A stretch of 16,551 nt of DNA from Candidatus Zixiibacteriota bacterium. Lineage in GTDB: Bacteria; Zixibacteria; MSB-5A5; GN15; FEB-12. This document shows positions 8,040 through 15,254 of this stretch, piece after piece. The DNA lies in NCBI GenBank assembly GCA_041742355.1, contig JBGSIV010000270.1, positions 1 to 16,551 of the forward strand, in the 5' to 3' direction. The stretch's first letter is position 1. The number at the start of each line of letters is the position of its first letter. The notes under the pieces were generated by a model that saw only the letters and a list, made by a program, of their open reading frames with translations, did no database searches and was not told the origin of the DNA. The position numbers and the translations under genes were made by a program.

Positions 8040-8870
8040 TTACCTGAGACGCACGGTTTTCCCGGCGAGGACAACCAGCCCATCCTTTTCCAACCCCTCC
8101 GCAGCCCGACGGACATCCTCCTCTGTGCGCCCCATCGCCTCGGCCACCGCACGCAGCGACACCTGCTTCCGGACTGTCAGCCGCCGAATAATCTCCCCCC
8201 GAATCTGCCGGTTCGAACCCTCGTAGCGCGACTGCTTTGACGTGGGGGGAATCCGGCGGTGGGCAGCCCGGGGGAGAGCCAGCCGGGCATAATCCATCAG
8301 CGCGTAGTGCCACTCACGAATCCCGGTACGCGGCAGCACCAGCTCGGCAATCCGCTGGATTTCCGCCATCGGCGTCTCGGTCGGGAGTTCAAGGAGATGG
8401 ATCAGCACTTTGCGAACATTCGTGTCAACCGCCGCCACCCGTCTCCCGTACGCCATGATCGCGATCGCATTGGCCGAGTACGGCCCCAATCCGGGGAGCT
8501 TCCGCAGCACCACCGGATCTGATGGCAACTCCCCGCCGAAATTCTCCACCACCGTCCGCGCCAGCTTCTGCAGATAGAGCGCCCGCCGGTTGTAACCAAG
8601 CCCCGACCACGCCGCCAACACCTCACGCGTGTCGGCCTTGGCCAGCGCTTCCCAGTCGGGGAATCGCTCCAACCACGCCAGGTACTTCGGCACCACCCGC
8701 TCGACCTGGGTCTGCTGGAGCATCGTCTCCGACACCGCAACGGCATACGGATCCCGGGTCTCCCTAAAAGGCAGGGCGCGGCCGGCCCGACGGTACAAGG
8801 CCCGCACCTCCTTGTGGAGAGCCTTGATGCGGGCGGGGTCAAGTGACAGGCAGGGACTGGCTTTCTTCAT
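8040..8870 (-). CDS. mutY: MutY-like HhH-GPD adenine DNA glycosylase lacking the Fe-S cluster motif (~276 aa)
   Basis: 'DPYAVAVSETMLQQTQV' (catalytic Glu), 'WSGLGYNRRA', HhH 'LPGLGPYSANAI', 'VDTNV' (catalytic Asp). ATG at 8870 has GGGTG upstream and is preferred over the longer ORF start. Confidence 0.85.
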   Translation of the reverse strand: MKKASPCLSLDPARIKALHKEVRALYRRAGRALPFRETRDPYAVAVSETMLQQTQVERVVPKYLAWLERFPDWEALAKADTREVLAAWSGLGYNRRALYLQKLARTVVENFGGELPSDPVVLRKLPGLGPYSANAIAIMAYGRRVAAVDTNVRKVLIHLLELPTETPMAEIQRIAELVLPRTGIREWHYALMDYARLALPRAAHRRIPPTSKQSRYEGSNRQIRGEIIRRLTVRKQVSLRAVAEAMGRTEEDVRRAAEGLEKDGLVVLAGKTVRLR

Positions 8871-9047
8871 AGTGTCACCCGCGAGACCGTACCGCGCTGG
8901 ACCGACGCGATGGCCACGCTCCGGGAAATAAAACAACACCGGAGTAAATGTGTCATGTTTTTTTGCGGCTGTGACCATAGCCCGGAACTCCGAGTCCACC
9001 CAAAGCCGTTACACCTGACATCACCTCCGGGACTCCAAAAAAAATCG

Positions 9048-9075
9048 TTGACTTTGTGAAAAATTATTCTACCTT
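9048..9075 (+). promoter_or_regulatory. Putative sigma70 promoter for the ABC exporter leader
   Basis: TTGACT, 16 nt spacer, TACCTT, with an A-tract just upstream. Confidence 0.5.
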
Positions 9076-9162
9076 GCCGAAACAATTTCTGAAAGAGAAC
9101 CGTCAGAATACTTTAATGGCCCGTTAACCGTTACATAAACCTGTTAGCCAGACGAGGGTTCG

Positions 9163-9237
9163 ATGATCCAGAAAAATGGCAATTCGGCTGTGCAGCCGAT
9201 CGGGAAGATGTGTGGCGGGAGAGGTCTGCCTATTTAG
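9163..9237 (+). CDS. Putative leader peptide MIQKNGNSAVQPIGKMCGGRGLPI (24 aa)
   Basis: GAGGG at 9154-9158, ATG at 9163, TAG at 9235-9237. It overlaps the antiterminator strand and ends 20 nt before the terminator. Confidence 0.55.
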   Translation: MIQKNGNSAVQPIGKMCGGRGLPI

Positions 9238-9257
9238 GTAGCTTCGATAAAGGTTTG

Positions 9258-9296
9258 AAACCCGCCGCATCCGATACAGGTCCGGCGGGTTTTTTT
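9258..9296 (+). terminator. Intrinsic terminator (attenuator) in the 5' leader of the ABC exporter operon
   Basis: AAACCCGCCG (9258-9267) pairs with CGGCGGGTTT (9283-9292), with a T7 tract at 9290-9296, about 56 nt before the ATG. Confidence 0.85.
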
Positions 9297-9352
9297 GTCG
9301 CCGGATCAGCCGCGGCTCCGCCGCACCACCGAAACGATATTCGAGGCAGACG

Positions 9353-11176
9353 ATGACTGCAGATTTATACGAAAACGAGAAGATCAGCAAGGAAGAGAAG
9401 GACGTCAGTATCCGCCAGGCGTTTGGCGCACTGGTGCCGTTCCTCGCGAAACATACCAAGGGCTTGGCGTTCTGCCTGGTGCTGTTGATCGGCGTGACCG
9501 CGATGTCCCTGACCTGGCCCTGGCTGATCCAGACCGCGATCGACGGCCCGCTGCGCACGCAGCTTGAAATCCCCGCCGACCAGCGTGACTTCATGCCGCT
9601 GGTGTGGATCGGCCTTGCCGTGGTCCTGATCCAGGTGCTCTCGGTTATCCTCATGTACACCCAGCGGGTGAAGCTCGAGACCATCGGCCAGAATGTGATG
9701 CTCGACCTGAAGAAGAAGCTGTTCGACCATATCCTGTCGCTCGATGTCTCCTACTTCGACCGCAACCCGGTCGGCCGGATCATGGCCCGCGTGGAGTCGG
9801 ACACCGAGTCCCTGCGGATGCTCTTCACCAACACCGTGGTGATCCTGGTCGGCGATGTCGTGTTGATCACCGGGATACTCGGGGTGATGTTCTACCACAA
9901 CTGGAAGCTGGCGCTCATCCTGGCGGGTTTCATGCCGGCGCTGGCGCTGATGGTGTACATCTTCCACAAGATCACCTCGAACCGGTTCCTCGAGGTGCGC
10001 AAGCGGGCGGCCGAAGTGACCGCGTCGCTGACGGAGTTCCTGCACGGCATGTCGATCGTGCAGATCTTCCACCGCGGCGACTACGCCCGCAAGCGGGTGT
10101 ACCACTACAACGAACGGAAATTCAGCGAGGATGCGTACGTCAATATCGCCGTGTGCATCTTCTTCAACGCCCTGTTCTACCTCGAGTACATGAAGATCGG
10201 TCTGATCCTCCTGCTCGGGTCGATGTGGGGCATGTCGGCCGGGACAATGGTCATGTTCATTCTCCTGACCTGGCGCGAATTCGAGCCGATCGCCCGGACG
10301 GCCGAGCAGCTCGGCGTCTTCCAGAAGGGAATCGCCGGGGCGCGGCGGATATTCACGCTCCTCTCGTTGCGGCCGCGCATCCTCGATCCGGGAAATCCGG
10401 TCGAGTGGCCCGGCCTGCGCCAGGGGATTCGCTTCGAAAATGTCTGGTTCTCGTATGGCGACGACGAAAACTGGATACTCCGGGATGTCTCGTTCGAAAT
10501 CCCGGTCGGCCACCGGATCGCGCTGGCCGGTGTAACCGGCGGCGGGAAATCCACCGTGATCAACCTCCTCCTGCGGCTCTACGACCCGCAGAAGGGGCGG
10601 ATCCTCGTCGATGGCGTCGATCTGCGCGACATGCGCCGGGCGGATCTCCGCAGGCGTTTCGCCCTCGTGCTCCAGGATATCATCCTGTTCCCGAGCGACG
10701 TGGCCGGCAATATCGGTCTTGAGAATGAAGAGGTGAGCGAGGAACGGATACTGGAGGCGTCGCGGACTGTCGAAGCGGACACCTTCATCCGGCGGCTGCC
10801 CGCCGGTTACAAGACCGAGGTCTCCGAGAAGGGCTCGAACTTCAGCCGCGGCGAACGCCAGTTGCTGTCGTTCGCCCGGGCGCTGGCGGTCGATCCCGAA
10901 GTGCTCATCCTCGACGAGGCGACCAGCTCCGTCGATCCGGAAACGGAACGGACAATCCAGGCGTCGCTCAAAAAACTGACGGCGGGGCGGACCTCGCTGA
11001 TCATCGCGCACCGCCTCTCGACGATACTCGATGTCGACCAGATCCTCGTGATCCGTCGCGGCGAGATCATCGAACGCGGCACGCACGCCGAACTGATCCT
11101 GGCGGACGGCTACTACTCGAAGCTGTTCCACCTGCAGTTCAAGCCGAGAATTGGAGTTGTTTCAAATGCGGGATAA
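9353..11176 (+). CDS. ABC exporter half-transporter (TMD+NBD), subunit with catalytic Glu (MdlB/BmrD/TM288-like)
   Basis: Hydrophobic N-terminal TMD. Walker A GVTGGGKS, degenerate signature FSRGERQ, Walker B ILDEATSSVD, H-loop IAHRL. RBS GAGG. Confidence 0.95.
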   Translation: MTADLYENEKISKEEKDVSIRQAFGALVPFLAKHTKGLAFCLVLLIGVTAMSLTWPWLIQTAIDGPLRTQLEIPADQRDFMPLVWIGLAVVLIQVLSVILMYTQRVKLETIGQNVMLDLKKKLFDHILSLDVSYFDRNPVGRIMARVESDTESLRMLFTNTVVILVGDVVLITGILGVMFYHNWKLALILAGFMPALALMVYIFHKITSNRFLEVRKRAAEVTASLTEFLHGMSIVQIFHRGDYARKRVYHYNERKFSEDAYVNIAVCIFFNALFYLEYMKIGLILLLGSMWGMSAGTMVMFILLTWREFEPIARTAEQLGVFQKGIAGARRIFTLLSLRPRILDPGNPVEWPGLRQGIRFENVWFSYGDDENWILRDVSFEIPVGHRIALAGVTGGGKSTVINLLLRLYDPQKGRILVDGVDLRDMRRADLRRRFALVLQDIILFPSDVAGNIGLENEEVSEERILEASRTVEADTFIRRLPAGYKTEVSEKGSNFSRGERQLLSFARALAVDPEVLILDEATSSVDPETERTIQASLKKLTAGRTSLIIAHRLSTILDVDQILVIRRGEIIERGTHAELILADGYYSKLFHLQFKPRIGVVSNAG

Positions 11177-12962
11177 AATACGATGGCTCTGGCAGTACTA
11201 CCGGCACTACCCGAAAGTGATCCTGATACTGCTGGTGCTGACCCCGATCCAGGTGGCGCTGGCAGTGACCCTGCCGCGCCTCGTCGGATTTACCATTGAC
11301 TTCCTCGAAACGGGGAAGGTGCCGGAGAACTTTCTGGCGAAGTTCCTCGACGGCATCGGTTCCGGATACGGCCTGACCACGACCGCGTCATACGCCCTGA
11401 CTTTCATCGCGTTCGGGCTCGTCAGCCATGCGCTCTACGCGTACTTCCAATCGTGGCGGGCGTGGATGAACTGCCGCCTCGAGTGGCACTTCCGTCAGGA
11501 GGCGTTTGACCAGGTCACGACCAAGGGGCCGGACTTCTTCAACCACTTCCGATCGGGTGACCTGCTCACCCGGATGACCGACGACGTGCAGGAGAAGCTC
11601 TCGTGGTTCGCCTGCTCGGGCATATTCCGGTTCTACGAGGCGGCGCTGGCGGTGCTCTTCATCATCGCCACCATGTTCTCGATCAGCCCCGGCCTCACCC
11701 TGTGGGCCGTGCTGCCGCTGCCGCTCCTGGTCCTCCTGTTCTTTAAGAGCTCGTCGCTTCTGGACAAGCGCTACGACGCCCTCCAGAAGCGGATCTCGGA
11801 CTTCAACGACGTCATGGAGGCCTGCCTCTCTGGCATCCGCGTCGTCAAGGCGTACGTGCGCGAACAGGCCCAGCGCCTGAAGTTTCGCACCACGGCCGAG
11901 GAGCGGCGCGCCGCCGAGATCAATGCGATCCGCACGTCGGCGGTGATGGACTCGCTCTACCACTCCATCTGGCAGTTCGCCGTGGTGATCGTGCTCTTGG
12001 CGGGCGGCTGGCGCGTGCTGTATTCGAACATGTCGCTCGGCGATATCGCGACCTTTATCTACTACGCCACCTGGCTGGTCTTCCCGATGTTCGACATCGG
12101 GCAGTTCCTGGTGAAGTCGCGGCAGTCGGCCGTGTCGATCGACCGCCTGCGCGAACTGGAGAACATGCCGGCCATGGTGACCGACGTCGGAGCGGTCAGC
12201 CCCAACGGTCACGGCAAAGGACGACTGACGTTTGACAAGGTCACCTTCTCGTTCAACGGCGTGGAGCGGAAGATTCTCGATTCCGTCTCGTTCGAAATAG
12301 AACCGGGACAAACCGTCGCGGTCGTGGGCAAAGTCGGCTCGGGCAAGAGCTGGCTGGTCAACCTCGTCCCGAGATTGGTCGACCCGACCGAAGGCTCGGT
12401 CAGGCTCGACGGCCGCGACCTGCGCGAGTACAAGCTCGAGGACCTGCGCCGCTACATCGGCTACGTGCCCCAGGAACCGGTGCTGTTCTCGGACACGGTC
12501 CGCAACAACATCACGTTCGGCCGCGACGGCATCAGCGACACGCTCCTGGAGTGGGCGATCGAAGTCGCGCAATTGAAGAACGAAATCGCCACCTTCCCTC
12601 AGGGGATGGAGACTCCAATCGGCACCCGCGGCGTCTCGATCTCCGGCGGCCAGAAACAGCGGGTGGCGCTGGCCCGGGCGCTCGTGGGCAAACCGAAAGT
12701 GCTCATCCTCGATGACTGCACGAGCGCGCTCGACTCCCGCACCGAGGCGGAGCTGTGGGAACGCCTCCACGAGGTCATGCCCGAGATGACCGCCGTACTC
12801 GTAACCCACCGCCCCGACACGCTCGAACGCGCCGACCGAATCTTCGTGTTCGACAACGGCAAAGTGGTCGAGCACGGGACGCACGCCGAACTGGTGGCGG
12901 CCGAAGGGGATTACGCCCGGATCTACCGCCGGATGCAGTTGGCCGAAGAAGTAGCGTCGTAA
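11166..12962 (+). CDS. ABC exporter half-transporter, degenerate-site subunit (MdlA/BmrC/TM287-like)
   Basis: Walker A GKVGSGKS, signature ISGGQKQR, Walker B ILDDCTSALD (Asp in place of the catalytic Glu). ATG at 11166 overlaps the upstream gene's 3' end. Confidence 0.95.
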   Translation: MRDKIRWLWQYYRHYPKVILILLVLTPIQVALAVTLPRLVGFTIDFLETGKVPENFLAKFLDGIGSGYGLTTTASYALTFIAFGLVSHALYAYFQSWRAWMNCRLEWHFRQEAFDQVTTKGPDFFNHFRSGDLLTRMTDDVQEKLSWFACSGIFRFYEAALAVLFIIATMFSISPGLTLWAVLPLPLLVLLFFKSSSLLDKRYDALQKRISDFNDVMEACLSGIRVVKAYVREQAQRLKFRTTAEERRAAEINAIRTSAVMDSLYHSIWQFAVVIVLLAGGWRVLYSNMSLGDIATFIYYATWLVFPMFDIGQFLVKSRQSAVSIDRLRELENMPAMVTDVGAVSPNGHGKGRLTFDKVTFSFNGVERKILDSVSFEIEPGQTVAVVGKVGSGKSWLVNLVPRLVDPTEGSVRLDGRDLREYKLEDLRRYIGYVPQEPVLFSDTVRNNITFGRDGISDTLLEWAIEVAQLKNEIATFPQGMETPIGTRGVSISGGQKQRVALARALVGKPKVLILDDCTSALDSRTEAELWERLHEVMPEMTAVLVTHRPDTLERADRIFVFDNGKVVEHGTHAELVAAEGDYARIYRRMQLAEEVAS

Positions 12963-12970
12963 TACCGGAG

Positions 12971-13169
12971 GTAGGTCAAACACGGCTCTGCGTGTTTGAC
13001 ACCTTAGCCTTGTAGGGCGGGAGTCCCCAGACTCCCGCCACCGTCACCCAACCAGCCCGCCGGCTGTGAGCGGAGTCGAAGGGTGACGGGTCGGTAGATC
13101 AAGCACCGAAACCGGTGCTTGTCCTACCACTCCGATCTATCGTAGCCGCCGGGTCGTTTGGCCCGGCGG
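12971..13169 (+). repeat. Array of five unrelated hairpins, four led by GTAG (REP-like)
   Basis: GTAG-GTCAAACACG-gctctg-CGTGTTTGAC. GTAG-GGCGGGAGTC-ccca-GACTCCCGCC. CCGTCACCC..GGGTGACGG. GTAG-at-CAAGCACCG-aaac-CGGTGCTTG-tc-CTAC. GTAG-CCGCCGGGTC-gttt-GGCCCGGCGG. Confidence 0.85.
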
Positions 13170-13194
13170 TTCTTCTTTGCGCCGCTTCTCCCAT

Positions 13195-13222
13195 TTGACA
13201 AATCCAAAAAATGGTATAGATT
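13195..13222 (+). promoter_or_regulatory. Putative sigma70 promoter for the fibre-like gene
   Basis: TTGACA (13195-13200), 16 nt spacer, TAGATT (13217-13222). RBS AGGAG at 13295-13299. Confidence 0.55.
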
Positions 13223-13305
13223 GTCCATAGTAGCGACGCAGGGGACAGTGCGCCGACGGATTCGAATACTATCAGTAAGTATGCCTTATACATCAGGAGT
13301 CAGGT

Positions 13306-15132
13306 ATGCGTAGTCTTTCAGCTGTGGCGGCTGTGGTCGTGCTGCTGGCGAGCGGCGCGGCAGTACACGCGGCGGTGCCCGGGACAGTCAGTTTCCAGGG
13401 GCGGTTGACCGACGCGGTGGGTGAGCCGCTCGATACGACCATTGACATCACGTTTACGCTCTTTGACGACTCCGCCGGAGGTAGCCAGTTGTGGCAGGAG
13501 ACGGCCAAGGACGTGGTGATCAAGGAGGGGCTCTTCGAAGTGCTGCTCGGGGAATCGACGCCCTTGAATCGGACGCTCTTCAAAGATACCGGGGGATGGC
13601 TCCAATTGACCGTCGGGAGCGGGTCGCCGTCGGAATCACGACTGCCGTTTGCAACCAACGTGTACTCGTTCCGGGCGCAGTACGCGGACACGGCCGCCCG
13701 GGCCGGCTACGCTGATACGGCCGGCTTTGCCCTTGGTATGGGCAGCACCGGTTGGGCCGATGACGGCACGACTATTCGCCTGACCACCCCGACTGACAAC
13801 ATCGGCATCGGCACAAGCACCCCCGAAGACAAAGTCCACATCGACAACAGCACCACCACGGGAGGAGCCTTCCTCCGCGCCGAAGCCAGTCATGCCACCT
13901 TGTGGCGGGAGGCGGGCTTCCGCATCGAAACTCCCGAGAACCGCTGGCACTTCCGTATGGACGATTATAGCCACAACAACCTCCCCGACAGCGGCTCGCT
14001 CGCCCTCCGCAGCAACTACTCGGGACTTGAACTCATGACCTTTACCCGCGACGGGAAAGTCGGCATCCTGAACACTCTGCCGGAATACCCGCTCGATGTC
14101 CGTTCATCGGCGGTGGCCATCTACGGCCGGACGACCGGTGGGTATGGCGTCGCCGGTGTTTATGGCCGGGCCGAAGACCTCGGCTTCGGCGTCATGGGGA
14201 CCAGCACCAACGGCCGAGGCGTCTACGGCGCGAGCACTACTGGCTTCGGCGGCTACTTCCTCGGCCCCAAGACCTACGTCTCGGGCAACCTTGGAATAGG
14301 GACGGAGAACCCGACACGTGCACTTCAGGTAAATGGGGAAATCGGCCTGATGTCAGGCGGCTCCACCCAGTACCACATCAACTACTTCAACGGCCTGAAT
14401 TTTGTCGAAACCGGCGTAGCCGAATTCCGCCTCATGCTCCATGACGGCGGCAATGTCGGGATCGGGACGGGTAGCCCGACAGCGAAACTACACGTGGCGG
14501 GAAACCTGAAAGTCAACGACACCATCACCGCTGGCGGGATGTATTCGACCAGCATTACCGATGAACCGGGGGTGGCGTCGGGAAAATCCACGACGATAGC
14601 CTATTTGGGAAACGACTGGTCGAGTACAGTGTCCTGCGCGATCAACGCACCGGGTCCGGGCTATGTGCTGGCCATCGGCACTGCCAGCGCTTCGATGGAC
14701 CACACCTATGGAGACTATGATCAACTTTATGTCGGTCTGTCCGATGCGGCTGCAACCTGCCTGAGCGGCGAACTGGCAGGATTTACGAGGTTGTCGTTCG
14801 ATCCAAGCGATTACCTCGATCAGTCGGTTGCTATGTCCTTTGTATTTCAAGTCGACGAGAAAGGCTCGCACACGTTTCACATGGTCGCCAGGAAAGGCGG
14901 CCCGGCCGAGTGCTCATTGATCTTCAACCGGCTGTCCCTGCTCTACGTCCCGACCCAATACGGGTCGATAGCAACCGCCGCTGAGGCGAATGGCGAATCG
15001 ATGCTGACGGAAGCGAGCCTTCGAGACGCCGAGAGAGAGCCCCGTACAGCCGACCCCAGCCTTTCCGATCTCATGAAAGAACTAACCTCCCTGCGCCAGA
15101 AGGTCGAAGCGCTGGAGAAAGAGCGGCAGTAG
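13306..15132 (+). CDS. Secreted tail-fibre/adhesin-like repeat protein (608 aa) with a C-terminal coiled coil
   Basis: Signal peptide, N-domain 'VSFQGRLTDAVGEP', YADTA repeats, four G(N/K)(V/I/L)GI-x4-P-type repeats, GVYG-type glycine repeats, C-terminal 'LMKELTSLRQKVEALEK'. Confidence 0.75.
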   Translation: MRSLSAVAAVVVLLASGAAVHAAVPGTVSFQGRLTDAVGEPLDTTIDITFTLFDDSAGGSQLWQETAKDVVIKEGLFEVLLGESTPLNRTLFKDTGGWLQLTVGSGSPSESRLPFATNVYSFRAQYADTAARAGYADTAGFALGMGSTGWADDGTTIRLTTPTDNIGIGTSTPEDKVHIDNSTTTGGAFLRAEASHATLWREAGFRIETPENRWHFRMDDYSHNNLPDSGSLALRSNYSGLELMTFTRDGKVGILNTLPEYPLDVRSSAVAIYGRTTGGYGVAGVYGRAEDLGFGVMGTSTNGRGVYGASTTGFGGYFLGPKTYVSGNLGIGTENPTRALQVNGEIGLMSGGSTQYHINYFNGLNFVETGVAEFRLMLHDGGNVGIGTGSPTAKLHVAGNLKVNDTITAGGMYSTSITDEPGVASGKSTTIAYLGNDWSSTVSCAINAPGPGYVLAIGTASASMDHTYGDYDQLYVGLSDAAATCLSGELAGFTRLSFDPSDYLDQSVAMSFVFQVDEKGSHTFHMVARKGGPAECSLIFNRLSLLYVPTQYGSIATAAEANGESMLTEASLRDAEREPRTADPSLSDLMKELTSLRQKVEALEKERQ

Positions 15133-15181
15133 GAAGCTTCGCCGGACTTCCCTGAACCACAGGCCGCCGGGACGAAACCGA

Positions 15182-15254
15182 GTAGCCCACAGCTTGCTGT
15201 GGGATCGGTAAGGAAAAACAGGAAGGCAAAAACGAGTAGGGCACGACCCTTGAG
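15182..15254 (+). repeat. One complete and one IS-interrupted GTAG-led hairpin
   Basis: GTAG-CCCACAGC-tt-GCTGTGGG (15182-15203). GTAG-GGCACGACC-cttgag (15236-15254) abuts the IS end. Confidence 0.7.

Noticed and set aside
7620..8240. 206-aa ORF with GASSAGASRV repeats
   Set aside because: It is a translation of the non-coding tandem repeat and REP cluster plus antisense mutY sequence, with no RBS or domain.
9080..9260. Known metabolite riboswitch or T-box in the ABC leader
   Set aside because: I see no recognisable aptamer or T-box consensus by eye, and the uORF-based model fits better. An Rfam scan is needed to exclude it.
9365..12983. Long antisense ORFs (588 aa and 531 aa) and other alternative-frame ORFs such as 2961-3947
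   Set aside because: These are shadow ORFs of GC-rich real genes with no motifs.
12971..13169. Possible CRISPR array or integron attC cassette array
   Set aside because: There is no conserved direct repeat beyond GTAG, no RYYYAAC/GTTRRRY boxes and no cassette ORFs.
15248..15254. CCTTGAG/CCTTGTG as the target-site duplication of a single insertion
   Set aside because: There is one mismatch and the hairpin arms are non-complementary, which two separate target sites explain better. Not fully excluded.
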